From positions 7,997-71,996 of the forward strand of contig JBATEO010000058.1 in NCBI GenBank assembly GCA_049664045.1: 64,000 bases of DNA, given 5' to 3'. Positions 9,868 through 20,214 of this stretch are shown one piece after another (positions within the stretch are counted from its first letter, which is position 1; every line of letters starts with the position of its first letter). The position numbers and the translations under genes were made by a program. The stretch comes from Prochlorococcaceae cyanobacterium (GTDB lineage: Bacteria > Cyanobacteriota > Cyanobacteriia > PCC-6307 > Cyanobiaceae). The notes beneath the pieces are model-generated. The model was given only the letters and a program-made list of their open reading frames with translations. It ran no database searches and was not told the DNA's origin.

Positions 9868-11029
9868 ACACCCTGGCACCGGGTTCCAGGCCGGAGAGGA
9901 TCTGGGTGTCGCGCCCGCCGCTGATGCCCAGCTCCACCGGCTGGAAGCGGGGCTGACGGTCTTCATCCACCAGCAGGACGCCGGGGCGGCCATCCTCGGT
10001 GACGATGGCCACGGTGGGCACCAGGGTCTTGGCCTGCACAGCGCCGGTCTGGAAGCCCACGTCGGCGGTCATGCCGATGCGCAGATCGGGCTGGGGCTCG
10101 GTGAACTCCAGAAACACATCGAAGGACGTGACGTTGTTCAGCTTCACGGCCCTGGGGGTGATCCGCCTCACCCGCGAGGAGAAGCTGCGCTCGGGGAAGG
10201 CATCGACCCTCACCTGGGCGGGCTGGCCGACGCTGATCCTGCCGATGTCGCTCTCGGGCACCTTCGCCACCACCTCCAGCCCCTGGGACAGCTCCACGAT
10301 GGAGGAGCTGGTGGCCCCGGCCGTGGCCGAGGCGGTGGTGGTGGGCGTGACGAAGGATCCGGGATCGGCGAAGCGCTGGCTGATCACCCCGTCGAAGGGG
10401 GCCCGCACGATCAGCTCCTGCTGCTCCACCCGGCGGGCCTCGAGGCGTTGGCGGGCGGCCTGCACTGCCTCCAGATCCACCTCATAGGTGCTGCGAACGG
10501 CGTTGTAGTCGCTGAGGCTGATGGCGCGCTCGCGGAACAGCCGTTCGTTGCGCTCCAGTTCGCTTCGGCTGCGGACCAGCTGGGCCTCAGCGGACCGCAG
10601 CTGGGCCTTGAGTTCACTCAGACGCTCGTTCAGATCGCCGGCGTCCATGCGGGCCAGGGGTTGGCCGCGGCGCACCAGATCCCCCTCCTCCACCAGCAGC
10701 TCCTCGAGCACGCCCTGGCGCTTGGGACTGACATTCACCCGCTGCTCGGCCTCCAGCTCGCCGGAGGCGCTCACCACGCCGGGGAGTTCGCCGGAGGTGG
10801 CCAGCACCGTGTAAGGAGCCAGGTCGGCCTCGCGGGGGCCGCGCTGGCGCTGCCAGAGGGCGAGGCCGGCCAGCATCACCACCAGCACGGCGGCACCCGC
10901 CCAGAGCCTCCGCCTCCGCCAGGGCGGCGGCCCATCAGGCCGCCGCAGTGGTGTGGGGCCAGTGGAGGAGGGGGGAACTGGTGCCACCCGGCGCAGGGGG
11001 GTGAGGGTGGGAATCGGGTTGCCTGCCAC
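9830..11029 (-). CDS. membrane-fusion (HlyD/RND adaptor family) periplasmic protein
   Basis: 399 aa, GTG start. It has an N-terminal TM segment (LWAGAAVLVVMLAGLALW), a coiled-coil hairpin (LSELKAQLRSAEAQLVRSRSELERNERLF...) and beta-barrel segments typical of MFP adaptors. No cognate pump gene is adjacent. Confidence 0.75.
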   Translation of the reverse strand: MAGNPIPTLTPLRRVAPVPPSSTGPTPLRRPDGPPPWRRRRLWAGAAVLVVMLAGLALWQRQRGPREADLAPYTVLATSGELPGVVSASGELEAEQRVNVSPKRQGVLEELLVEEGDLVRRGQPLARMDAGDLNERLSELKAQLRSAEAQLVRSRSELERNERLFRERAISLSDYNAVRSTYEVDLEAVQAARQRLEARRVEQQELIVRAPFDGVISQRFADPGSFVTPTTTASATAGATSSSIVELSQGLEVVAKVPESDIGRISVGQPAQVRVDAFPERSFSSRVRRITPRAVKLNNVTSFDVFLEFTEPQPDLRIGMTADVGFQTGAVQAKTLVPTVAIVTEDGRPGVLLVDEDRQPRFQPVELGISGGRDTQILSGLEPGARVFIDLPPWSRRRR

Positions 11030-11113
11030 TCACACCAGTTTCGCGGTTGGACCGGGGTTCCGGCGAGGCGTCCAGGGTTTTCGGCGGTGCCGGACGCTCC
11101 GTAGATTCCAGCC

Positions 11114-12205
<1,092 letters not shown>

Positions 12206-12327
12206 AGGGCGATTCGGGTTGGCGGCGATCCGGTGCGAATACCGCGAGTTGAATGCCGCGGGTTGATGCCCCGGTTGATGGTCCCCCCGGGTGTTCGGCC
12301 AGAATCCCCGCAGAGCAGGTCGCCGCC

Positions 12328-12522
12328 ATGAGCCAAGTCCACGACCCCTCCCCGTCGGCAACCGGTGAGGAGCCCGGGGCCCATCCCCACGATTTCGACG
12401 TGCAGAAGGAACTGCACCGCCGGATCCGCAACGATCCCGACTACGACGACTGGGAGTACGGCACCGAGCCGCTGCCGCATGAGGCCTGGGTCAAGCGCGC
12501 GGGCGCTGACTCCGGGGCCTGA
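12328..12522 (+). CDS. hypothetical small acidic protein
   Basis: ATG at 12328 within ORF 12253..12522 (MSQVHDPSPSATGEEPGAHPHDFDVQKELHRRIRNDPDYDDWEYGTEPLPHEAWVKRAG...). The composition is coding-like, but I recognise no family. Confidence 0.4.
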   Translation: MSQVHDPSPSATGEEPGAHPHDFDVQKELHRRIRNDPDYDDWEYGTEPLPHEAWVKRAGADSGA

Positions 12523-13741
12523 TCCGCCGCACCAGCTGCAGGCCGGCCAGGCACAGCCCGGCCATGGCCAGCCAGAGACCTGCCCCGTGGCCCTGCCCCT
12601 CCAGGGCGATTCCGGCCAGCAGGGGTGCGCCCAGCGCGCTGATCGCGAAGCACTGTGAGAAGAGTGCCATGGCCACCCCCTGGTGCTCCTCGGGGGTGAC
12701 CTCGATCACCGCCTCCGTGGCGATCGGCAGGAAGGCCGCCTGCCCCACCGCCAGCGGCAGCTGGGCCAGCAGCACCAGCCACACCCCGCCCGTCACCAGG
12801 GCGGAGAGCGACAGCAGTGCGGTGCCCGCTGCGAAGCTCGCCAGGCTCAATCCCAGGCCCCTGGCCACCGGCCGCCGCGCCAGCGCCTGGCCGAGGGGCC
12901 ACTGGATCAGCACAAGCAGTCCGAGTTGCAGGCCGATCAGCAGAGCCCCCAGGCTCTCGGGCAGGGCCTGACGGCGCAGGCCGCCGCGGACCAGATCCAG
13001 GGGCAGGGCGCTCTGCATCAGGGCCGGCAGCGAGGTGGCCAGCAGGGCGATGGTCAGCAGCGGCAGCAGCGCCCGCAGCCAGGGAGCCCAGCGGTGCGAC
13101 TCGGCACTGGGCTGCCGGCGAACGGGATCGGGGAGCGGGCGCAGCACCAGCAGCAGCACCATCGCGGCCAGGCAGAGCATGTCCAGCAGATACACGCCCC
13201 GCAGCAGCCCCAGCGCCGCCAGCGCGGCTCCCAGCAGGGCGCCGCCGGCGATGCCAGCGGCGTCTGCGCTGCGCACCAGGGCGAAGCCGCGGGCCGAGGG
13301 GATCGCCGTGGGGCCCCGGCCACAGCTCAGCGGAACCGCCAGCTCGATGGCCGGCCAGTAGAACCCCATGGCGATGCCCAGCAGCAGCTGGCCCAGCAGG
13401 TAGCCCGGGAAGGCCCGGGCCGCGAACAGGATGCTGTCTGCCGCCAGGGAGAACAGAACCGCCAGCAGCACGGGCAGCGAACAGTTCAGGCCCCGGTCCA
13501 GCAGCAGCCCGCAGAGCAGGCGCCCAAGTGTGCCGGCCAGGGCCGCCAGGGCAAGGCCCTGGGTGACGCTGGTGGGGCTGAAGGCCGCCTGGTGAAACAC
13601 CATCGGGGTGAGGTACAGCACCCCGCCGGCACCGATCGCCCCCACCAGCCGCAGCACGGCCACTTCCCGCAGCGCCGGGGGAAACTGGAGACACCAGTGG
13701 CCCACCCCTTGCCACCTGGCCTGCCCCAGGCCCCCGGTCAC
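12491..13741 (-). CDS. MFS-type transporter
   Basis: This is the C-terminal ~415 codons of ORF 12491..14215. It consists of successive hydrophobic helices and has an MFS motif-A-like GRLLCGLLLDRG. There is no upstream in-frame ATG; in-frame GTGs occur at 13741 and 13705, so the start is uncertain. Confidence 0.7.
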   Translation of the reverse strand: MTGGLGQARWQGVGHWCLQFPPALREVAVLRLVGAIGAGGVLYLTPMVFHQAAFSPTSVTQGLALAALAGTLGRLLCGLLLDRGLNCSLPVLLAVLFSLAADSILFAARAFPGYLLGQLLLGIAMGFYWPAIELAVPLSCGRGPTAIPSARGFALVRSADAAGIAGGALLGAALAALGLLRGVYLLDMLCLAAMVLLLVLRPLPDPVRRQPSAESHRWAPWLRALLPLLTIALLATSLPALMQSALPLDLVRGGLRRQALPESLGALLIGLQLGLLVLIQWPLGQALARRPVARGLGLSLASFAAGTALLSLSALVTGGVWLVLLAQLPLAVGQAAFLPIATEAVIEVTPEEHQGVAMALFSQCFAISALGAPLLAGIALEGQGHGAGLWLAMAGLCLAGLQLVRRIRPRSQRPRA

Positions 13742-13832
13742 CGTGGGATCAGCTCCGGCATCCGTCCCCGCGCTCGCCTCCCCGTTCACCGTTGCCCCCC
13801 AGCCGCTGCCGCGGTTCTCCGCTCGCCGGCCC

Positions 13833-15584
13833 TTGCCAAACCGCCCCTCCAACCGCTCTTCAAACCGCCGCCGTCTCTCGGGTGCGCTCGCCAGTCTGCT
13901 GGTGCTCCTGCCGCTCGGCTGGTTGCCCCCGGCACGGGCGGTGGACGAGCTGGTGGTGCGCTTCGACGGGCTGGAACTGCCGATCGAGCTGGCCGATCTG
14001 GAGGCCTGGAGCCGTGACCATGGTCGGCCCCGCGGTGATCTCGCCCAATGGCTGAACCTGCTGGATGATCGCTCCCGCCGGGGTCTGGTGGGCTTGCTGC
14101 AGGCGCCTCTGCTCAAGCACCGCAGCTTTGCCACCGAGCTGCTGGGGAGCTGGACGGGGGAGCAGATGCTGCGGGAGGTGGGCGGGCTGGTGACCGGTCC
14201 GGGGGGGGAGAACACGGCTCCGCTACTGATGGAGAGCCTGCGCCGGTTGTTCGAGCGTCAGGCGTCGGTGACCGCTGTGCAGCTCCTGCGCGAACTGCCG
14301 ATGTCCCGGGTCACGCTGCAGGTGGATGGTCTGCTCGCCCTTGCCCAGCACTGGCGCGCCCAGTTGCAGCATCAGCGGGATGCTGTCGCCGAACTGCGGC
14401 GCCTGCCCCTGCCTCTGCGGCAGACGCGTCCGCTGGTGGACGGTCGGCGCCGTACCCGGCCTGCCGAGCCGGTGCAGCTGCAGCTCGCCGTGGCTCACCG
14501 GCCCATGCCGCTGCCTGTCGATCTCTGGCCGGCCCTCGGCCCGGCCCAGTCCGAGCCGCGGCCCATGCTGCTGCTGATGCCGGGCCTGGGCGGCAGCCGC
14601 AGCCAGCTGAACTGGCTGGCCGGCTCCCTGGCCCAGCAGGGATGGCCGGCACTGGTGCTCGAGCACCCCGGCAGTGATGAACAGGCGGTGAAGGCCTCGC
14701 TGGCGGGAGAGGGGCCGCTGCCGGGAGCCGAATCGCTTCCCCAGCGGCTGGCCGATCTGGAAGCCGTGCTCACGGCCCTGGCCGAGGGCCGGCTGCCGCC
14801 CCTGGGCCCTGCCGGTGCCGGAGATGCCGGAGTGGTGCTGATGGGCCATTCCCTCGGAGGACTGGCGGCGCTGATGGCCGCGGGACTGGTTCCTGAGCAG
14901 GGGCTCTCCGGCCGCTGCCGGCGGGCCCTCACCTCCCTGCCGCTCACCAACCTCTCCCGCCTGCTGCAGTGCCAGTTGGAGGCTGTGGCCGGCGATGGCG
15001 GCCCCCGGGCGGTGCCCGGCCCTGCCGACCCGTTGCCGCGGCTGGCGGGTATCCCGCTCCTGGGGGTGGTGACCTTCAATGGCTTCGGCAGCCTGCTCTG
15101 GCCCGATCGGGGACTGGCGGATCTGCCCGTGCCGGTGCTGATGGTGGGGGGCAGCCTCGACCTGATCACGCCGCCGGTGCAGGAGCAGCTCAGCCTGCTG
15201 ATCAGCAGCGGCCATCCCCGCAGCCGCCTGGTGCTGGTGGATGGCGGCAGCCACTTCTCCCCCGTGCGCCTGGATGGTGAGGGTGAAGCCCTGTTCCGGC
15301 TTGGGGAGCAATTGGTGGGTCAAGACCCTGAGCTGGTGCAGGAGCTGTTGCTGCGCCTGACGGTGGAATTTCTGGAGTCGGCCAGGCATGCCTCCCTGCT
15401 CATGCCCCAGAGGCGCCGGCACGGCGGGGTGGAGGCCTATGTGCTCGACCGGGATGCCGCCCGCCGATGGCAGCGTCGCCTCCCGGCCGACCCCGCTCCT
15501 CTGAAGGGGGGTGCTCCGGTGCTTCCGCTCAGAACCGGATCCGGGGATCGAGCAGGGCCACCAGCAGGTCCACCACCACGGTGA
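13833..15584 (+). CDS. alpha/beta hydrolase with a DUF1400-like N-terminal domain
   Basis: From ORF 13608..15584. Signal-like RRRLSGALASLLVLLPLGWLPPARA, then DELVVRFDGLELPIELADLEAW (DUF1400-like, from memory). Also LLLMPGLGGSRSQ and the nucleophile elbow GHSLGG. The start is not ATG; the in-frame TTG at 13833 is my best guess. Confidence 0.7.
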   Translation: MPNRPSNRSSNRRRLSGALASLLVLLPLGWLPPARAVDELVVRFDGLELPIELADLEAWSRDHGRPRGDLAQWLNLLDDRSRRGLVGLLQAPLLKHRSFATELLGSWTGEQMLREVGGLVTGPGGENTAPLLMESLRRLFERQASVTAVQLLRELPMSRVTLQVDGLLALAQHWRAQLQHQRDAVAELRRLPLPLRQTRPLVDGRRRTRPAEPVQLQLAVAHRPMPLPVDLWPALGPAQSEPRPMLLLMPGLGGSRSQLNWLAGSLAQQGWPALVLEHPGSDEQAVKASLAGEGPLPGAESLPQRLADLEAVLTALAEGRLPPLGPAGAGDAGVVLMGHSLGGLAALMAAGLVPEQGLSGRCRRALTSLPLTNLSRLLQCQLEAVAGDGGPRAVPGPADPLPRLAGIPLLGVVTFNGFGSLLWPDRGLADLPVPVLMVGGSLDLITPPVQEQLSLLISSGHPRSRLVLVDGGSHFSPVRLDGEGEALFRLGEQLVGQDPELVQELLLRLTVEFLESARHASLLMPQRRRHGGVEAYVLDRDAARRWQRRLPADPAPLKGGAPVLPLRTGSGDRAGPPAGPPPR

Positions 15585-16560
15585 CCAGCACCACGAGGGC
15601 CGCCACCACGACCACGATGCCCTGCACCAGGGGATAGTCACGCTGGGCAATGGCCTCCTGCAGGCGCGCGGCGATCCCCGGCCAGGAGTAGGTCACCTCG
15701 ATCAGCAGGGCGCCGCCGATCAGCGAGGCCACCGTGATGCCGGTGATCGTGAGCACCGGCAAAAGAGCGTTGGGAAGGGCATGACGCAGCACCACCTGGG
15801 CCTCCCCCAGCCCCCGGCTGCGGGCTGCCTCCACGTAGTCGGAGGCCAGGGCCCGGCGCAGATTCAGCCGCAGGGCGTTGGTGAAGATGCCGCTGAGCAG
15901 CAGTGCCAGGGTGGCCGCCGGCAGTGCCAGGTGCCGGATCGTGCCGCCGAGCTGATGCCATTGCCCCGTGGCGAAGCCATTGCGGAGGCTGTCGAGCAGG
16001 AAGAACCCGGTGCCGGCAGGGGGCAGCAGGGTGGCCGGGAACCTTCCCCCCACCGGCAGCCAGCCCAGCCACACGGCGAAGATCAGCTGCACCACCATCG
16101 CCGCCCAGAACGGGGGCAGGGCGTAGGTGCCGATCCCGTAGAGCCGGCCGGCCAGATCAAGCCTGCTCTCCGGCCGGGCGATGCCTGAAAAGCCCACAGC
16201 CAGCCCCAGCAGGGCAGCCAGCAGCAGGGCCGTGATTCCGAGCTCCAGGCTGGCCGGCAGGCTCTGGCCGATGATCTGGCTCACCGGCTCCTGGCTGTTC
16301 AGCGACTCGCCCAGATCACCCCGCAGCAGATCCGCCAGAAACTGGCCGTACTGCCGGAGCAGGGGCTGATCCAGGCCCAGCTGGCTGCGGAGTGCCGATC
16401 GGGCCGCCTCCGGAGCACGGGTGCCCAGCACCGCGTCCACCGGGTCGCCGGGGGCCACACGCAGCAGCAGAAACACCAGGCTGGCGATCAGCCACAGCAT
16501 CACCGGCACCAGCCCGACGCGGGCGGCCAGATAGCGGGCCAGGGCGCTGCGGCGGCTCAT
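15529..16560 (-). CDS. ABC transporter permease (DppB/OppB-type)
   Basis: 343 aa starting MSRRSALARYLAARVGLVPVMLWLIASLVFLLLRVAPGDPVDAVLG, the typical N-terminus of peptide/nickel-family permeases. It overlaps the upstream binding-protein gene by 4 nt. Confidence 0.85.
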   Translation of the reverse strand: MSRRSALARYLAARVGLVPVMLWLIASLVFLLLRVAPGDPVDAVLGTRAPEAARSALRSQLGLDQPLLRQYGQFLADLLRGDLGESLNSQEPVSQIIGQSLPASLELGITALLLAALLGLAVGFSGIARPESRLDLAGRLYGIGTYALPPFWAAMVVQLIFAVWLGWLPVGGRFPATLLPPAGTGFFLLDSLRNGFATGQWHQLGGTIRHLALPAATLALLLSGIFTNALRLNLRRALASDYVEAARSRGLGEAQVVLRHALPNALLPVLTITGITVASLIGGALLIEVTYSWPGIAARLQEAIAQRDYPLVQGIVVVVAALVVLVTVVVDLLVALLDPRIRF

Positions 16561-18200
16561 GGCAGGCGCTGCAGCTCCTGCAGCATCAGCCGCCCGTTGC
16601 CGTCAAAGCGGGGTGCTGCGAGCCGGCGCTGGGCCCAGGCCCGCGGTGTCACCAGCCACAGGGGCAGATAGGGGACGGCAGCGGCGGTGCGCTGCTCGAT
16701 CGTCTGCAGCAGCTCCAGCCGTTCGCTCCCCGTCAGCCCCTCGCTGCGCAGCAGCTGCTCCTGCAGCCCGGGTGCGGTCCAGAAACTGCCGCTGAGGGCA
16801 CTCTCGCCCCGGAGGCAGCGATCACCCTCAGCCTCGCTGCAGCTGAGCAGGGGAAACAGATAGGCCTCCGGGTCGCGCACCGTTCCACGCCAGTCGAGCA
16901 TGACGGCCGGGAAGGCGCCCTCGCCGAGCTGCCGGTACACCGTGGTGGATTCCATGCCGTTGGGCTGCAGCACGATGCAGTCGCCCAGATCGCGGGCCAG
17001 CTGGGCCTGCCAGGTGAGCACCATCAGACGGTCGGAGGGGATGTTGGAGCGGAAGGTGAGCGGCAGCTCCAGCACCTGCCCGTCGCAGTAGCCCGCCCTG
17101 CGGAACAGTCTCCGGGCGGTGTCCGGGTCGTAGTCCGGCCAGCCCTCCCGGATTGCGCCACTCACCGCCGGCGGCACCAGGTCGCGCAGGGGGGTCCGCA
17201 GCCCCTGGCTCACCCGCTCGGTGATCAGCTGTCGATCGAGGCTGTGGGCCAGGGCCCGGCGCAGCCCGGCGTCGCTGAAGGGCGGCTGGGTGGTGTGCAG
17301 CGTGATGTAGCCGATCTCCAGGGCCGGACCCTGGCCCTCCCGCAGCTCCCCCCGGCTCGCCCGGCGCTGCAGGGCCTGCTGGTGATCCTCGTGCAGGCCG
17401 GTGGAGAGCAGCACATCCACCTCGCCGCTGCCCATGGCCCCGAACAGGGCGGTGGAGTTGCCGAGGCTCACCAGCACGATGCCATCGTTGCGGGGCCGCT
17501 CGTCCCAGTAGCGGTCGAAGGGCTCCAGGCGCTGCTGCTGGTCGCTGAAGAAGCTCAGTCGGTAGGGCCCTGTGCCCACGAAGCGGTCGCTGAGGGCCCG
17601 ATCGCCGTGGTCCCGGTAGGCCTTGGGGGAGACGGGCGTGAGGTTGATGGTGCTGAGCAGCTGGGGCAGCACCGTGGTGGGGCGCCTGAGGCGCAGCTCC
17701 AGCTCATGGGAGCCGCTGGCGCGCACGGCCTCGATGCGGTCGTCGAGCAGGTAACTGAGGGTGCCGATCGCCAGGAAACGCTCCAGGCTGAACACCATTG
17801 CGGCCGCATCGAAAGGAGTGCCGTCGTGGAACAGCACATCGCGGCGCAGGGGAATGGTCACCGTCAGGCCGTCGGGGCTGACCCGGGGCAGCTCGGCGGC
17901 CAGTGCCGGCAGCACGCTGCCGTCGTCCGCCAGGCGGTAGAGCGGATCGCCGATGGCGCTGAGGAGTTGGGTGGCGCCGAAGGTGGAGGCGCGCACGGGG
18001 TCCACCGAGCCCACCCGGGTGCTGGTGGCCACCACCAGCGCGGCACGGGGACGGTCAGATGGGCCCGCAGCTGGGCCCGGCTCCGGTGGATCGCCGCCGC
18101 TGGCTGGGGTTGACCCTGCGCGGCATCCGGCCAGCAGCAGGGCCGCTGCGGCGGTGAGGAGAACGCTGGACCGCGGAGTCAGCCGCAACGACCGAAGCAA
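16557..18200 (-). CDS. ABC transporter substrate-binding protein, family 5 (peptide/nickel type), lipoprotein
   Basis: From ORF 16557..18347. It has the lipobox LLLAGC and a family-5 SBP-like body (VVATSTRVGSVDPVRAST..., FHDGTPFDAAAMVFSLERF). The likely start is an in-frame TTG at 18200 or 18188, just after the stop of the upstream small ORF. The start is uncertain. Confidence 0.8.
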   Translation of the reverse strand: MLRSLRLTPRSSVLLTAAAALLLAGCRAGSTPASGGDPPEPGPAAGPSDRPRAALVVATSTRVGSVDPVRASTFGATQLLSAIGDPLYRLADDGSVLPALAAELPRVSPDGLTVTIPLRRDVLFHDGTPFDAAAMVFSLERFLAIGTLSYLLDDRIEAVRASGSHELELRLRRPTTVLPQLLSTINLTPVSPKAYRDHGDRALSDRFVGTGPYRLSFFSDQQQRLEPFDRYWDERPRNDGIVLVSLGNSTALFGAMGSGEVDVLLSTGLHEDHQQALQRRASRGELREGQGPALEIGYITLHTTQPPFSDAGLRRALAHSLDRQLITERVSQGLRTPLRDLVPPAVSGAIREGWPDYDPDTARRLFRRAGYCDGQVLELPLTFRSNIPSDRLMVLTWQAQLARDLGDCIVLQPNGMESTTVYRQLGEGAFPAVMLDWRGTVRDPEAYLFPLLSCSEAEGDRCLRGESALSGSFWTAPGLQEQLLRSEGLTGSERLELLQTIEQRTAAAVPYLPLWLVTPRAWAQRRLAAPRFDGNGRLMLQELQRLP

Positions 18201-18228
18201 GGCTAGGTGCTGAGCGGACCGCCGCCAT

Positions 18229-18441
18229 TCAAGGGCGGTGGGGGCGTGACGGCCGGACCTGCTGCAGGGAAATTTCAAACACCTCCGAGCCATGCCGCGC
18301 CAAGGGCCAGCGGCGCAGCCAGCAGCGGTCGTGCCGGTCGTCCACACCGATCACCTGATAGAGGTGTTCGTCGGTCTCGAGCCGCACACAGTCTCCCTGA
18401 CGGGGAATGGTGCTCTGGCTGACACAGGAAAGGGTGGTCAT
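18229..18441 (-). CDS. hypothetical small protein
   Basis: 70 aa, ATG start: MTTLSCVSQSTIPRQGDCVRLETDEHLYQVIGVDDRHDRCWLRRWPLARHGSEVFEISLQQV. The composition is coding-like and it sits immediately upstream of the SBP gene. No family recognised. Confidence 0.45.
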   Translation of the reverse strand: MTTLSCVSQSTIPRQGDCVRLETDEHLYQVIGVDDRHDRCWLRRWPLARHGSEVFEISLQQVRPSRPHRP

Positions 18442-18780
18442 GAAGCCGTGGGCAGAGGAAGACGGGTGGGGTTTGGTCGGTTCAGGGGCGGTTGGTGCCG
18501 GAACAAGGTTTGGTGGGGGGCAGGCTTCGCGATCGGATCCTGCGAGGGGGTTTCTGCGAAGGGGACCTGCGAGGTGGGTGGCGTTGGTCGGTGATTGGGA
18601 CGTGTTCCCGAATCCTGGCGGGACGGACGGGGCCGGTGCGAGAGGGTGGGGAAAGCGGATCGAGGCGGGTGGGTCGAGCGGCCTGCGCTGAAGACCTGCG
18701 CTTGAACAGTGCGGCTGTGTTGCGGGCTCCTGGGTGGTGCGCTTAAGAATTCCTTTTGATCTGCACCCATGCTGCCGCTT

Positions 18781-18802
18781 CGGGTGGCCCCGGCACCACC
18801 CG
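18781..18802 (-). terminator. possible stem-loop 30 nt downstream of the hom stop
   Basis: cgggtgg-ccccggca-ccacccg (7-bp stem, 8-nt loop). No U-run follows, so this is weak as an intrinsic terminator. Confidence 0.3.
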
Positions 18803-18831
18803 GTGGCGATTTGCTTACCTGATCGTCCCGA

Positions 18832-20157
18832 TCAGAGGGTGCGCAGGCAGGCCGCCACCCGCTGCACCTCCGGCAGGGCGGCGATGGCGTCGAGGGCTCT
18901 GCGGAAGTCGGCCTCGAGCACTTCATGGGTGATCACCACGATCTCGGCGGCCTCGCTGTCGGCCTCGAACTGCACGATCGACTGGATCGAAACCCCCGCC
19001 TCTCCGAAGCAGGTGCCGATCCGGCCGATCACCCCGGGCTGGTCGGTGGTGCGCAGACGCACGTAGTTGCGATGGGTGGTGCGTGCGCCGTCGATGAGGC
19101 GGCACTGCCGCCAGCTGCCGGCCGCCAGCAGCGGATCCACCCCTGGGCGAGTGCCATCTGCCTGGCCGGAACCCGTGGCCTGCCGGATGCCGGCGATGTT
19201 GAGGATGTCGGCCACCACCGCTGAGGCCGTGGGACCGGACCCGGCCCCTGGCCCGTAGAACATCACCTGCCCCACGGGCTCGCCCTCCACCAGGATCGCG
19301 TTGAACACCCCGTTGACGCCGGCCAGGGGATGGCTGCGGGGCAGCAGCGTGGGGTGTACCCGAACATCCAGCAGCTGCGGGTCGCCGTCCGTCGCGGTCT
19401 CGATCCGCTGCGACACCGCCAGCAGCTTCACCACGAAGCCGAGCTGGTCGGCGTAGGTGACGTCGCGGGCATCCAGCTGATCGATGCCCTCGGCGGGGAT
19501 CGCCTCGCGGGGCACCGAGCCGCCGTAGGCGAGGCCGGTGAGGATGGCGATCTTGTCGGCGGCGTCGGCGCCCTGCACATCGGCGGCGGGGTCGGCCTCG
19601 GCGTAACCGAGGCGCTGGGCGTCGGCCAGCACCGCCGCGTAGTCGGCTCCCTCGGCCGCCATGCGGCTGAGGATGTAGTTGGTGGTGCCGTTGATGATGC
19701 CGCTCACCCGCTGGATGCGGTTGGCGCCGAGCGACTGCTTGAGCGGCTCGATGATCGGGATGCCGCCGCCCACGGCGGCTTCCAGCAGCACGTAGACGCC
19801 GGCGGCGGCGGCGGCGGCGGCGATCTCCTCACCGTGACGGGCGATCACCGCCTTGTTGGCAGTGACCACGGGCTTGCCGGCGGCAATCGCCCGCAGGATC
19901 AGGGAGCGGGCCGGCTCCAGACCGCCCATCACCTCCACCACGATGTCCACCGCCGGGTCGTCCACCACCGCTGCGGGATCGGTGCTCAGCAGCTCGGCGG
20001 GCAGCTGGATCGGCCGGGTACGCTGCAGGTCGCGTACCGCCACCCGCTTCAGCTCCAGCTCCGCCACCAGGGGGTGGCGGCCTTCGGGGGTGGCCAGGAT
20101 CTCGGCAACGCCTGCTCCCACCGTGCCGAGGCCGAGCAGGCCGATGCCGATCGTCAT
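18832..20157 (-). CDS. hom: homoserine dehydrogenase
   Basis: 441 aa with an N-terminal NAD fold (MTIGIGLLGLGTVGAGVAEIL), a catalytic-domain region and a C-terminal ACT-like domain (NYVRLRTTDQPGVIGRIGTCFGEAGVSIQSIVQ). Confidence 0.95.
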   Translation of the reverse strand: MTIGIGLLGLGTVGAGVAEILATPEGRHPLVAELELKRVAVRDLQRTRPIQLPAELLSTDPAAVVDDPAVDIVVEVMGGLEPARSLILRAIAAGKPVVTANKAVIARHGEEIAAAAAAAGVYVLLEAAVGGGIPIIEPLKQSLGANRIQRVSGIINGTTNYILSRMAAEGADYAAVLADAQRLGYAEADPAADVQGADAADKIAILTGLAYGGSVPREAIPAEGIDQLDARDVTYADQLGFVVKLLAVSQRIETATDGDPQLLDVRVHPTLLPRSHPLAGVNGVFNAILVEGEPVGQVMFYGPGAGSGPTASAVVADILNIAGIRQATGSGQADGTRPGVDPLLAAGSWRQCRLIDGARTTHRNYVRLRTTDQPGVIGRIGTCFGEAGVSIQSIVQFEADSEAAEIVVITHEVLEADFRRALDAIAALPEVQRVAACLRTL

Positions 20158-20214
20158 GGGCTGGAGAGCCGGAGTGGAGCGATCCTAGAAATCAGGCGGC
20201 CAGTGCCTCCCACA

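Noticed and set aside
12683-14017. ORFs 12683..14017 (+) and 12441..13715 (-), about 430 aa each
   Set aside because: They overlap the MFS transporter frame. The products are Q/G/R/P-rich, whereas the chosen frame gives a run of hydrophobic helices.
16392-18113. ORF 16392..18113 (+), 573 aa
   Set aside because: It is antisense to the substrate-binding-protein gene and has a low-complexity product.
18438-18926. 162-aa minus-strand ORF covering the G-rich spacer
   Set aside because: The product is a Pro/Ser/Arg-rich low-complexity translation of the C-rich strand. Its 5' end overlaps the hom 3' end. It is more likely non-coding.
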